Numbered from the stretch's first letter, positions 41,621-51,087 are shown. The stretch is 64,000 bases of DNA from Candidatus Bathyarchaeota archaeon (GCA_963833575.1 CAWHXY010000004.1:544001-608000); one strand, 5' to 3'. The notes: generated by a model from the letters alone, not told the origin. Numbers and translations: made by a program.

Positions 41621-41947
41621 TTAGTGCGGCGTTATTTTTATCGCTGCCGCGGGACACTGCATTTCGCATGCAAGACATTGGATGCAGTCTTGTTCACGTG
41701 CCGGATCAGATTTGCGTTCAGACAGAGGGTGCCCAGGAGAGTCAGCCCAATCATATAGAGAAACTGGGCAAACATCTATGCATACTCCGTCTCCAACACA
41801 TGAATCCCAGTCTACTGCGCTCGTTGTTCCGTGGATTCCTAGTTTTTGTGGGGCTTCAACTGGTCCCCAAATTTTATGTCCATTATGTTCGCCGACAACT
41901 TGGCGTTTTGTTTGAAAATCAGGGTCAATTGGCAAAAAATTCACCAC
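41621..41947 (-). CDS. zfx: Zinc-containing 7Fe ferredoxin
   Basis: PIDP, EHNGH, GIHG Zn extension; CVGDGVC..VCP and CIQCLAC..QCP. Confidence 0.9.
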   Translation of the reverse strand: MVNFLPIDPDFQTKRQVVGEHNGHKIWGPVEAPQKLGIHGTTSAVDWDSCVGDGVCIDVCPVSLYDWADSPGHPLSERKSDPAREQDCIQCLACEMQCPAAAIKITPH

Positions 41948-42192
41948 TAAAAATCAACGAAGCGCATAATATTAGGTTTTCTGCTAAAAAGACATCGGGT
42001 TTATTACTTATTAGTTTCAGGTGGGTACTGGCAACCACACTAAGATACATTACTTTTACTTACCCCTCCACTATGGCATAGTGTCTCTTGAAGTGACGCT
42101 TTAAAAGCTTAGACAACATCTTTCCCGTCCCTTAACATAGGGAGAACTGAGAGAATGAACAAAAAATCCATTTTCATAGGAGATGCTGTCTA

Positions 42193-42459
42193 ATGGGTAA
42201 AACAGTTGTGTCATACCGCATCGCATTAGAAGATGAAATGCGTAAATGGAATGGTTTTGCAAAAGCATTAAGAATTGAAGATAGGGAAGCCTTCGAAGCT
42301 TTAATGGATGCTTGCCGTAGCTACGCTTCAGCTGGAAGTAATGCTACGCAACCCATCATCTTTGAACCAATGGTTATTTCCATCCTACTGTCACAGCAAA
42401 AAATGATTATGCGTTTAAAGAAGACTTTAGATGCAGCCCAACACCCCAAGACTAATTAA
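42193..42459 (+). CDS. Small helical protein of PolB2-associated family (arCOG07300-like)
   Basis: MGKTV.SYR.ALE.E..W..F.KALR.EDR.AF pattern recalled from PolB2 operons. Confidence 0.65.
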   Translation: MGKTVVSYRIALEDEMRKWNGFAKALRIEDREAFEALMDACRSYASAGSNATQPIIFEPMVISILLSQQKMIMRLKKTLDAAQHPKTN

Positions 42460-42490
42460 AGGCTGGTTATTGGACGTTTACCCCCGCTAA
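42431..42490 (+). pseudogene. 19-codon stub resembling the PolB2 N-terminus
   Basis: MQPNTPRLIKGWLLDVYPR*, overlapping the upstream gene end as in an operon. Confidence 0.5.
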
Positions 42491-42597
42491 TGTTCATAAC
42501 AAGATTCAGATGAATTTTAGAATAAATATAATCATTATAGTCAAAGGCTAATACGAAAAACATTTTTGGACAAATACCTTAGTCTAAGGTGATTTAA

Positions 42598-43377
42598 ATG
42601 GTTCAATATCATCTACCAATCGGAATGCGATACGCAACTTTACAGGAAAGAAAGAAATTCTACACAGAAGAATTTGATCCTCAGAAAGCAGCCGAGTGGT
42701 TTAGAAGCGGGTTAAACAGGATCAAGTTTGCCGTAATTATAGGCAGACATACAAGAATTTACCCAGAAAAATACAAAGCAGACGCATCAACGACCATAAT
42801 AATTGACGAATACAAAAACTTGGAAGACATTAGGCAGCAGATAATTGAGTTTTTGCCTGAAGCGGTATATTATGACAGAAGTGTCTATAACGAAAAGGAT
42901 CAAAAAATTGGTCAAGAGCTCGCGCTTGATCTTGACCCAGAAAACATTACCTGCCCGGTCCACGGGACTTTAGCAGATAAGATGAAGCGCAATCAAGGCT
43001 TGAGCTTCTGTGAGTTAGAACTGGGAATGGTTAAACAGGAAGCAATTGGTCTCTACAAGTTTCTTGAAAATCGTTATTCCGAGATCAGGGTTGTTTATTC
43101 GGGCAGAGGTTTTCACATGCATGTTTTAGACCAACAAACCTATCAAATGAGCAAACAAGAAAGACTAGCACTTGCTCAGCAAGTAAAAGGCGCCGGGTTT
43201 CATATTGATGAATGGGTAACATCAGGAGAAATGCGTTTGATTAGGCTTCCATGGAGCCTAAACGGTTTAGTATCAAGAATTGCTTTACCACTAAAAAATG
43301 ATGAACTGGAAGGCTTCGACCCTGTCCACGACGAGCGGTGCCTACCAGAATTTCTAAAGAAAAAAGCTATTTCTTGA
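42598..43377 (+). CDS. Archaeo-eukaryotic primase (PriS-like) catalytic protein
   Basis: ELALDLD (motif I), YSGRGFHMH (motif II), RLIRLPWSLN; C..H and C Zn ligands. Confidence 0.85.
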   Translation: MVQYHLPIGMRYATLQERKKFYTEEFDPQKAAEWFRSGLNRIKFAVIIGRHTRIYPEKYKADASTTIIIDEYKNLEDIRQQIIEFLPEAVYYDRSVYNEKDQKIGQELALDLDPENITCPVHGTLADKMKRNQGLSFCELELGMVKQEAIGLYKFLENRYSEIRVVYSGRGFHMHVLDQQTYQMSKQERLALAQQVKGAGFHIDEWVTSGEMRLIRLPWSLNGLVSRIALPLKNDELEGFDPVHDERCLPEFLKKKAIS

Positions 43378-43465
43378 CTTCTTTAGCTTTTTTCTCTTTT
43401 TTAGCGTAGTAAGCTTTCTTTTTCTTTTCTTCTTCAGCTTTTGTAGGTTTGACTGGTTTTGCCAT
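43367..43465 (-). CDS. 32-aa Lys-rich microprotein
   Basis: MAKPVKPTKAEEEKKKKAYYAKKEKKAKEVKK* with SD GGAG 6 nt upstream. Confidence 0.55.
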   Translation of the reverse strand: MAKPVKPTKAEEEKKKKAYYAKKEKKAKEVKK

Positions 43466-43579
43466 AAAAATCTCCAAATATGTTATCTCTTACTCGCATA
43501 AAAAATTTTCCAAGTCAAAAAGAAGTTGAAAAGTTTATTTGCTCTTTAATATTTCATTTATTAAAGTTGAGGTTTATTT

Positions 43580-44953
43580 GTGGAGCGCTTTGATATAATC
43601 GTTGTTGGTTCAGGCTCTGGAATGCTTATTGCTTCAGCTGCGGTTGAGCAGGGACTCAAAGTTGCGTTGGTTGAGCATGGCAAAATGGGCGGCACCTGCA
43701 TAAATGTAGGTTGCGTCCCATCCAAAATGCTCATTCACCCAGCAGACGTGATCGCTACAGTTAAAGAAGCAGGCAAAATAGGAGTCAATGCTACGGTGGA
43801 TTCGGTTGATTTCAGCAACATCATAACTAGGATGCGTGAATTAGTTGATGAGGATTCAGGTCATCAAGCGTTAGCGGTTGAAGCTACGCCAACAATAACT
43901 TGGTATAAAGAAACAGGAGAGTTCATCTCCGATTATACCATGCAGGTAGGCGCACATATTATAACTGCAGAAAAAATCTTTATAGTTTCAGGCGTACGCA
44001 CTGCAGTAACCCAAATTAAGGGCATAGACAAAATCAACTACTTAACAAGCGACACAGTTCTCGGGCTACAAACGCCGCCTAAAAGCATACTTATCATTGG
44101 CGGAGGCTATATAGGCATGGAGTACGGGCACTTCTTCTCAAGCATCGGAACAAAAACCACCATACTACAAAGGCCAGATCGTCTATTGCCTGAAGAGGAA
44201 CCAGAAATTTCTGAATTACTTAGGATCGAGATGGGGAAGCGAACGGAAATACACACAGGCTTTGAAGCGGTTGAGGCAAAACAAGAAGGACAAGCCAAAA
44301 CTCTTGTCGCTAGAAACCGCCAAGACGGCAGCCTACATGAGTTCTCAGCAGAATCAGTAATGGTGGCAACAGGCAGAGTATCCAACGCTGATATTTTAAA
44401 ACCTGAGAAAACAGGTGTGGCACTTGACGAGCACAATTTTGTAAAAGTTAATGAATATCTGGAAACCACCAAGAAAAACATTTGGGCATTCGGCGACGCT
44501 ATCGGCATCCAAATGTTCAAGCATGTTGCCAATTACGAAGCAGGCATCGCATGGCACAACTCACTTCATGATCACAAAGCTAAAATAAATTTTTCAGCTG
44601 CTCCTCATGCAGTTTTTACTCATCCGCAAATTGCCAGCGTAGGCTTAACAGAGGCGGAAGCCAAAAATCAAAAACACAAAGTTTTGGTTGGTATGGCACT
44701 TTACAAGGATACCGCTATGGGTGCAGCTATGGGGAATGTTGAGGGTTTTGTAAAAGTTCTGGTCGAAAATGAAACAGGAAAAATTCTTGGAGCGCACATA
44801 ATAGGTCCCGAAGCCTCAATTCTTATTCAAGAAATCATTAATGCCATGGTTTCAGAAAATGGAACCTTTGCACCCATTGCACAAGGCATGCATATTCACC
44901 CCGCACTATCAGAAGTAATACAAAACGCCTTCGGCAGCCTCAGACCAATATAA
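43580..44953 (+). CDS. Class I pyridine nucleotide-disulfide oxidoreductase (dihydrolipoyl dehydrogenase/mycothione reductase-like)
   Basis: GSGSG, GGTCINVGCVPSK, GGGYIG.E, HPALSE. Confidence 0.9.
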   Translation: MERFDIIVVGSGSGMLIASAAVEQGLKVALVEHGKMGGTCINVGCVPSKMLIHPADVIATVKEAGKIGVNATVDSVDFSNIITRMRELVDEDSGHQALAVEATPTITWYKETGEFISDYTMQVGAHIITAEKIFIVSGVRTAVTQIKGIDKINYLTSDTVLGLQTPPKSILIIGGGYIGMEYGHFFSSIGTKTTILQRPDRLLPEEEPEISELLRIEMGKRTEIHTGFEAVEAKQEGQAKTLVARNRQDGSLHEFSAESVMVATGRVSNADILKPEKTGVALDEHNFVKVNEYLETTKKNIWAFGDAIGIQMFKHVANYEAGIAWHNSLHDHKAKINFSAAPHAVFTHPQIASVGLTEAEAKNQKHKVLVGMALYKDTAMGAAMGNVEGFVKVLVENETGKILGAHIIGPEASILIQEIINAMVSENGTFAPIAQGMHIHPALSEVIQNAFGSLRPI

Positions 44954-45062
44954 TTATGGACCCTTTATCGCGGAGAACTAGATGACACAATTTTATGCCC
45001 TTATCGCCAACTAAAAAGTTATATTATCCCGAAACCAAATCTTTCTAGCAGAGTGTTTTATT

Positions 45063-45347
45063 ATGAATATTCTCAAAGTTTCTGGCAAAATTAACAAACA
45101 TAAAGTTTTCGTGTATGCATTAAGCACTTGCGTTTGGTGCAAATTGACTAAACAGTTTCTAAAAGACAACGATATTCAATATGAATTTGTGGATGTTGAT
45201 TTAGCTGACGAAAAAGATAAAGAAAAAATTCACGAAACAATCCAAAACATGGGCGGTATGCTTAGCTACCCAACGATAATTGTTGATGATAAAGTTGTAA
45301 TTAACGGTTTTCGCAAAGACAAGCTTACGGAGGTACTTGAAATTTGA
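45063..45347 (+). CDS. Glutaredoxin family protein
   Basis: LSTCVWC, SYPTI, GF. Confidence 0.9.
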   Translation: MNILKVSGKINKHKVFVYALSTCVWCKLTKQFLKDNDIQYEFVDVDLADEKDKEKIHETIQNMGGMLSYPTIIVDDKVVINGFRKDKLTEVLEI

Positions 45348-45922
45348 TCACACTAGATCAGGTCCGCCGAAGGGCTGAGGCTGACGCTAAAACTTACGGA
45401 TACTACTTAACGCCCCAACCTGAACTTCTGCAAGGTTTTCTTGAGGGATTAAAAACAAATGAAGATCGATATGGTTATCCGTTGTGCCCTTGCAGACTTA
45501 CCTCAGGGGTATACGATTACGATAGAGACATCATTTGCCCCTGCGACTACCGAGACCCAGACGTTGCTCAATACGGCTCATGTTATTGCAGACTTTACGT
45601 TAACAAGGAAGTTTACGAAAGGAAAAACTTGCCTGATGTACCTGAGCGAAGACCAATAGAAAAACAACAAAGAGCTTATGGATCTCAATCAACAACCGCC
45701 AAACAGGCGATGCCTCAAGAAGTACCACAGACATCATCCACAACCCCATCGGCTACTTTGCAAGCGACAAAGCCACAATCAACTGTCAAAAAGAAATTAT
45801 GGTATTGCAAACAATGCGGTTATGTTGTTTATCGAGAGGATCCGCCCTACGTTTGCCCAATATGCAAAGCTAAAAAAGAAATGTTTGCTGAAATCGAAAG
45901 CACTGTTGAATTTAAAGGATAA
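45344..45922 (+). CDS. Ferredoxin:thioredoxin-reductase-like catalytic domain fused to rubredoxin-like domain (FDR type)
   Basis: CPCR, CPC, CYC; C-terminal CKQCG and CPIC. Confidence 0.9.
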   Translation: MITLDQVRRRAEADAKTYGYYLTPQPELLQGFLEGLKTNEDRYGYPLCPCRLTSGVYDYDRDIICPCDYRDPDVAQYGSCYCRLYVNKEVYERKNLPDVPERRPIEKQQRAYGSQSTTAKQAMPQEVPQTSSTTPSATLQATKPQSTVKKKLWYCKQCGYVVYREDPPYVCPICKAKKEMFAEIESTVEFKG

Positions 45923-45924
45923 AT

Positions 45925-46068
45925 TTATTTCTGAATTTCAATCTCGATTTTTTTCCAGTCTTCTTTTATTCCCTTAAGAGAAGCTACAGCACCGGTTATG
46001 CTTCCGCTCATGAATTTTTCTACAAACTCGTTTAGAGGTATTTCTTTCCCATCAATTTTCAGTTTCAT
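45925..46068 (-). CDS. Small hypothetical protein (MobB C-terminal-like)
   Basis: LKIDGKEIPLNEFV...G.V.SLKG...IEIEI. Confidence 0.6.
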   Translation of the reverse strand: MKLKIDGKEIPLNEFVEKFMSGSITGAVASLKGIKEDWKKIEIEIQK

Positions 46069-46132
46069 ACTCAAACTTGTCACCTGAGAATAGTGGTTAC
46101 TTGAGCGGTAGGTAAAAGTTTTGTGCAATCTG

Positions 46133-46699
46133 TTATGTTCTTGTGAGGCTGGGTTTAACTGTGACTCTGAGCTTTGTTAAGTTCTCTTTTATCTCTGCCT
46201 TGACACCCATGGCTGTAAAGTATTCTTCAAGGAATATCCTTATGAAATCTTTCGAAATTTCAGAGACCAAAACCAATGTGTAGTCGTTTGGGGCGTTCTT
46301 TGTTAAACGGTAAAAGTTGCATATCTCTAGTCGAACCAACATTTCTTCTACTGAATGCACTTTTGTTTTTAGCTGTTCCCAATGGGCTCGAGCTACTTCT
46401 TTGTGTTCACTCCAAAACTTTTCCCGCTCTGGCGATGAAGCAATTAACCGCAGAAACATCAGCCAATGATCAACATCGATGATCACGTGTTCACCATTAA
46501 GCAACATATCACCGTAGGCAAGAATTTTTTTCTTGGTTATTGGGTCTTCAAGAGCCTTGTTTTCGTTGTAGAATTTTAAGGCACGACGCATAACTTCGCT
46601 TTGTGATACTTGTCCTTCAGTGCTTATTTTTTCCAGTAAGTCAGCTGTTGTTTTATCAAATGCCACAGTTATTCTAGTAGGATTTACCATTGTGCTCAC
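46133..46699 (-). CDS. Ribbon-helix-helix (CopG) regulator with C-terminal domain
   Basis: RITVAFD...SQSEVMRRAL. Confidence 0.8.
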   Translation of the reverse strand: MSTMVNPTRITVAFDKTTADLLEKISTEGQVSQSEVMRRALKFYNENKALEDPITKKKILAYGDMLLNGEHVIIDVDHWLMFLRLIASSPEREKFWSEHKEVARAHWEQLKTKVHSVEEMLVRLEICNFYRLTKNAPNDYTLVLVSEISKDFIRIFLEEYFTAMGVKAEIKENLTKLRVTVKPSLTRT

Positions 46700-46717
46700 T
46701 TACACGAATATAACGTA

Positions 46718-46735
46718 TTTCCAAATTATTGGAAA
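46718..46735. promoter_or_regulatory. Palindrome TTTCCAA-ATTA-TTGGAAA, candidate RHH operator
   Basis: Perfect 7-bp arms between the RHH start and its TATA. Confidence 0.4.
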
Positions 46736-46895
46736 ATATATAAACATTACGCAATAGTACTTAGATAAATATTAGCAAGTTTGAAGTAATTGATTGAATT
46801 ATTAAACAATTGTTAAGGCAGCCATTAATAGAAAGCAAACTTTTATTCCTTGCACAATTAATTCATTAATAGAGGATTCCAAGGAGAATACTAAA

Positions 46896-47555
46896 ATGAA
46901 GAGACCAGAAATTTACCTTGAACCAAAACAAAGAGGAACAAAAGTAATCGAGCTACTTGAAAAAGAGTACCCCAATGCCAAGACCGCATTAAACTACTCC
47001 AACCCGCTAGAAATACTTGTAGCCACCATGCTTTCCGCCCAAGCAACAGATGCAGTAGTCAACATAGTAACCCAAAAACTCTTCAAAAAATACCACAAAC
47101 CAGAAGATTACGCCAACGCTGACATAAAAGAATTAGAACAAGACATACATTCGACAGGTTTCTATCATAACAAAGCCAAAAACCTACAAAAATGCAGCCA
47201 ACTCCTCGTAGAAAAATTCCACTCCCAAGTGCCAAGAACAATGGATGAATTGCTGGAGCTCCCTGGAGTGGCGCGAAAAACTGCTAACATCGTGTTATAC
47301 AACGCGTATGGAACCATTGCGGGCATAGCAGTGGACACTCATGTACGCAGGCTCTCACAGCGCCTCGGGTTTTCTGAGCACGACGACCCATCAAAAATAG
47401 AGCAAGATCTAATGCAAATTACTCCAAAAGAGAAATGGATGAAACTAACTGACCTCCTAATTTTCCACGGCAGGCAAATCTGCATTGCAAGAAAACCTAA
47501 ATGCGAAGACTGCGCTTTAAACAAGTATTGTCCTTGCGATTTTGCTTTTGGCTAA
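46896..47555 (+). CDS. nth: Endonuclease III
   Basis: LSAQATD, LPGVARKTA, VDTHV, C-x6-C-x2-C-x5-C. Confidence 0.96.
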   Translation: MKRPEIYLEPKQRGTKVIELLEKEYPNAKTALNYSNPLEILVATMLSAQATDAVVNIVTQKLFKKYHKPEDYANADIKELEQDIHSTGFYHNKAKNLQKCSQLLVEKFHSQVPRTMDELLELPGVARKTANIVLYNAYGTIAGIAVDTHVRRLSQRLGFSEHDDPSKIEQDLMQITPKEKWMKLTDLLIFHGRQICIARKPKCEDCALNKYCPCDFAFG

Positions 47556-47613
47556 AAGCGCCACCCATTTATACAGGTTTGCGGTTTTTTCTATAAACAA
47601 GGATTGTTTTTTT

Positions 47614-48093
47614 ATGTCAATCAAAATTAAAGTCGGAGACAAAGCACAAGACTTCACTCTACCAGATGCAGATATGAAACCTAGGAGCTTAAACGAGTTT
47701 ATAGGTCAAAAAGTTGTTTTAGCCTTTTTTGTTGGCGCATTCACCTCAACATGTACAAAAGAGATGTGTGAATTTCGAGATTCTATGTCTCGGCTCATCG
47801 ATTTAGACACTCAAGTCATAGGAGTAAGTATAAATGACCCGTTTTCCAACAAAGGTTTTACAGAAAAAAACAGGTTACCCTTCCCTATACTAAGCGATTA
47901 CAAACGTGAAGTTATCAAAGCCTATGGACTGGAGTTACCTGATTTTGCCGGGCTTGACGGTTACACGGTTGCTAAGCGTTCAATTTTCATACTTGACAAA
48001 AATAGAATAGTACGTTATGTTTGGGTTTCAGAAAATCCATCATTAGAACCTAACTATCAAGAAATACAAACCGTTTTACAACAAATTTCTTGA
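47614..48093 (+). CDS. Peroxiredoxin (BCP/PrxQ-like)
   Basis: AFTSTCTKEMC, LSD, KRSIF. Confidence 0.88.
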   Translation: MSIKIKVGDKAQDFTLPDADMKPRSLNEFIGQKVVLAFFVGAFTSTCTKEMCEFRDSMSRLIDLDTQVIGVSINDPFSNKGFTEKNRLPFPILSDYKREVIKAYGLELPDFAGLDGYTVAKRSIFILDKNRIVRYVWVSENPSLEPNYQEIQTVLQQIS

Positions 48094-48239
48094 GCACACT
48101 TCTACTCCAATACCATGAATCAGGCGTTGAATTAGTCAAATTCAGCTTGAAGAGACCTAAATAACTGGATTTGGAAGCGCACAAGAGTTATTAGTTTCAG
48201 TAAAAGTTATTGAGTGTTATCGTAACGGTGACTGTTTGA

Positions 48240-49109
48240 GTGTCCTTTGAAATCCAAGAGTTACCGGATGTTATCCGTGTTATTGTTCTTTTAAATCTAA
48301 GTAAAGGCGTTAAAATCAAAAAATCAACCCTTAAAAATCGTGTTGATCGCGTATGTGTCAGTTATGCCTGCATTGATATGTCTGAGTTGGATCGAGCACT
48401 CAAAGAAATGTCTATTGAAGGGCTGCTTGTCGAAAATGATGACACTGTGCAGTTGACATCCCAAGGTCAAAAGCTAGGTAAGGAGTGGGAAAGCCTTCTC
48501 TTAAAGAAGGAACCCATTATGGAAGTTGTAGCGGGCTTAGTTGATGGCTCAATTACTAGTTTAGTTGTTATTCTCTCAGCTTTCATAGCAAAATTAACCT
48601 CCAACACAACGTTCTGGGTGAATGAAAAAACAGTTATTTTTGCGGCTCTCTTAACATTGAGCGTGGTTGCCATAACTAACTTTTCAAGTTTCCTTCTTGG
48701 CGGAATCACTGAAGATTTAGCTGACATTATGACTTTGCAGAACTTGATGAATTACAGCTTGAGCGACATACCGGATAAGAAGGAGCGAGACAAGTACCTT
48801 CTGCTAGTTCAGAAGCTTTTTACACTGCTTGGAAAACAGATACATAGATCCAACCTTTATGGGGCAATAATTTCAGGGACTACAACTTTTCTTGCTGGAA
48901 TCATTCCAATAGCAACTTACTTATCTCTTCCATCTTACTACAACATTGTTGTTTCGCTTCTTGAGGTGGGAGTTATTTCAGGAGTGTTTTTGGCGCGGTA
49001 TCGATCAAAAAAGACGCGGGTAAACTGGAAAATAACACTTGCCGAAACCATAGCAATCGTCATAATTGCCACCGTTGTATCTTTGTTACTAGGTGCAGTA
49101 CCCGGTTAA
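48240..49109 (+). CDS. Winged-helix domain fused to VIT1/CCC1-like membrane domain
   Basis: N-terminal wHTH-like; V.GLVDG, N..S....E, GIIP transmembrane motifs. Confidence 0.6.
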   Translation: MSFEIQELPDVIRVIVLLNLSKGVKIKKSTLKNRVDRVCVSYACIDMSELDRALKEMSIEGLLVENDDTVQLTSQGQKLGKEWESLLLKKEPIMEVVAGLVDGSITSLVVILSAFIAKLTSNTTFWVNEKTVIFAALLTLSVVAITNFSSFLLGGITEDLADIMTLQNLMNYSLSDIPDKKERDKYLLLVQKLFTLLGKQIHRSNLYGAIISGTTTFLAGIIPIATYLSLPSYYNIVVSLLEVGVISGVFLARYRSKKTRVNWKITLAETIAIVIIATVVSLLLGAVPG

Positions 49110-49531
49110 GCTAAGTAACGAAGCTCAACCATCAAACATTTGTCCATGACAACAATCAAACCAGAACTTTTAGCTGTTTCAGCAGCCTGCTCATTGATTA
49201 TTCCAAGTTGCATCCAAACGACAAACGGCTTGCCATACATCTGTTTGAGCTTGACAGCCTCCTCCACTATCTGAGGTACATCTTTCGCAGGTCTAAAAAT
49301 ATCAATGATTTCAATGGTTTTCTGGATTTCAGGAGGAATATCAAGGAGGCTTTTGTAGCTTTTCTCGCCGAGAACTTGTTCAGCAAAAGGATTTACAGGT
49401 ATGATGAGGTAGCCATTTTGTTGAAGGTATGCACTGACTCTATAACTATCCGTCTCTGGTTCTTTAGATAACCCGACAACCGCGATAACTTTGTATTTGT
49501 TTAAGATTTCTTTAGTTTGATTTTCGTCCAT
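49106..49531 (-). CDS. CoA-binding protein (YccU-like)
   Basis: IAVVGLS, IPVNP, DIFR, WMQLGI, VMDKC. Confidence 0.92.
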   Translation of the reverse strand: MDENQTKEILNKYKVIAVVGLSKEPETDSYRVSAYLQQNGYLIIPVNPFAEQVLGEKSYKSLLDIPPEIQKTIEIIDIFRPAKDVPQIVEEAVKLKQMYGKPFVVWMQLGIINEQAAETAKSSGLIVVMDKCLMVELRYLA

Positions 49532-49586
49532 CTTTGTTTTGTTCCTTATTATTCTAGGTATCGCTTCTAACAAAAATCACACAAGT

Positions 49587-49623
49587 AGAAGAAGAAGTGC
49601 GCATTTTCCCTTTTTCTTCTTCT
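49587..49623. repeat. Solo GAA/TTC hairpin related to the 56.3-kb array
   Basis: AGAAGAAGAA-GTGCGCA...-TTCTTCTTCT. Confidence 0.5.
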
Positions 49624-49662
49624 TTCAGTTTTTTTCCGAATTAAATCCTTTTGTTGCAAGAA

Positions 49663-50601
49663 TCATGGTGCTTCGCTTAGTTTTAAGTCAAAGAAATGTT
49701 CTCGACGATTGCGTATTGCAAGGAGTCTAACAACGTCGTTGATTTTTCTCTTTTGTATGTCCTTAACTAAGTCTTCAATTCCAAGAGTTTCCACATTGCC
49801 TATTTTTAAAATGGTGTCTCCTTCAGCGATGCCAGCTTCTTCTGCAGGGCTTCCCGGAGCAACTTTTGTTACCAATACCCCGTGGTCCATTAGCAACCCG
49901 TAGTACCGAGCGATCTGGAGACTTAAGCTTAAGCCCACTATTCCAATCCAAGGAGTTCTTGACTCTTTTCCGGATGTAACATCGTTGGTGCAGCTTTTGG
50001 CTGAGTTGATTGGAATGGCAAAACCAATCCCCTGCGCGTACGGAATAATGGCGGTGTTTATCGCTATTACCTTCCCGGTGACATCCACCAATGGGCCGCC
50101 ACTATTTCCAGGATTAATGGAAGCATCGGTTTGAACTAGATTCTCTATTAAGCCTCTTTCGGAGTCTATGGTCCTGTTGATGGCGCTAATTACACCTGAT
50201 GTTACGCTTGGGCCGCCTGTCAATCCGAAGGGGTTCCCAATAGCGTAGACTCTTTGTCCAACTCTTATCTTATCTGAATCGCCTAATTCTGCCGCTTGTA
50301 GATTTTTTTTGTTTGCATTAACTTTTACTACCGCTAAATCGTGGATTGCGCATGACCCAACGATTGTTCCTTCAAGAACTTCATCGTTGCCTAAGGTAAC
50401 ATTAATTTTATGTGCGCCTCCAACGACATGATTATTTGTTAGAATCAGTCCTTTCGAATCAATTATTGTACCTGACCCGATGCCTCCAACCGGCACTGCT
50501 TGGTAGAAAATATTGTGGACAATCTTTAGTGCGCTTATGTTAACCGTGCTTTTGCTTACTTTTGCAATCGTATCCAAAATAGCGTCTTCATCATATGACA
50601 A
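49663..50601 (-). CDS. HtrA/DegP-like serine protease with PDZ
   Basis: GSG, TNNHVV, DLAV, QTDASINPGNSGGP, C-terminal PDZ. Confidence 0.95.
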   Translation of the reverse strand: MSYDEDAILDTIAKVSKSTVNISALKIVHNIFYQAVPVGGIGSGTIIDSKGLILTNNHVVGGAHKINVTLGNDEVLEGTIVGSCAIHDLAVVKVNANKKNLQAAELGDSDKIRVGQRVYAIGNPFGLTGGPSVTSGVISAINRTIDSERGLIENLVQTDASINPGNSGGPLVDVTGKVIAINTAIIPYAQGIGFAIPINSAKSCTNDVTSGKESRTPWIGIVGLSLSLQIARYYGLLMDHGVLVTKVAPGSPAEEAGIAEGDTILKIGNVETLGIEDLVKDIQKRKINDVVRLLAIRNRREHFFDLKLSEAP

Positions 50602-50658
50602 ATCGTTTTCCTCAAAATCAGTAAAGACTTGTTTTTAATAAGTTTAGTTGCAACTAGT

Positions 50659-51045
50659 TTAGCGGCAGAATAGGCAATTTTCCGCCCATGATTGGGTCAT
50701 TTCTTTTTGACAAAATGGACACATCAAACCTTTTTCTCTGATAGCTACACAGATTTGGCAGAAGAGGTTGAGGATTTTTGTTTTGTTGTCAGGCTCTTTT
50801 ATGAGTGAAGTTACCATTTGGCTTATTAGCGCTAAAATCTCAGTTGAGCCTTCTATTGCGAGGAGACTTCCTCTTTCTCTTCCCACATATCTACTGACTG
50901 CGGATTGTGATAGTCCAAGTAGTTCTGCGGTTTGTTGTTCGTTAAGTCCATGTTTTTCGATGATTTGTCTTGCCATGATTGCCTTTACTGCTGGCAGAAC
51001 AGTTTTTACGCCCACTTCGCACGGTAGCAACAAGTTATGCACCAA
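50659..51045 (-). CDS. HTH transcriptional regulator with Cys-rich C-terminus
   Basis: PCE, AELLGLSQSAVSRY..RG, CQIC..CPFC..CLFC. Confidence 0.8.
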   Translation of the reverse strand: MVHNLLLPCEVGVKTVLPAVKAIMARQIIEKHGLNEQQTAELLGLSQSAVSRYVGRERGSLLAIEGSTEILALISQMVTSLIKEPDNKTKILNLFCQICVAIREKGLMCPFCQKEMTQSWAENCLFCR

Positions 51046-51087
51046 TTAGTGATAAATTTGGGAGAAACTTATTTAAATATGCCGATT

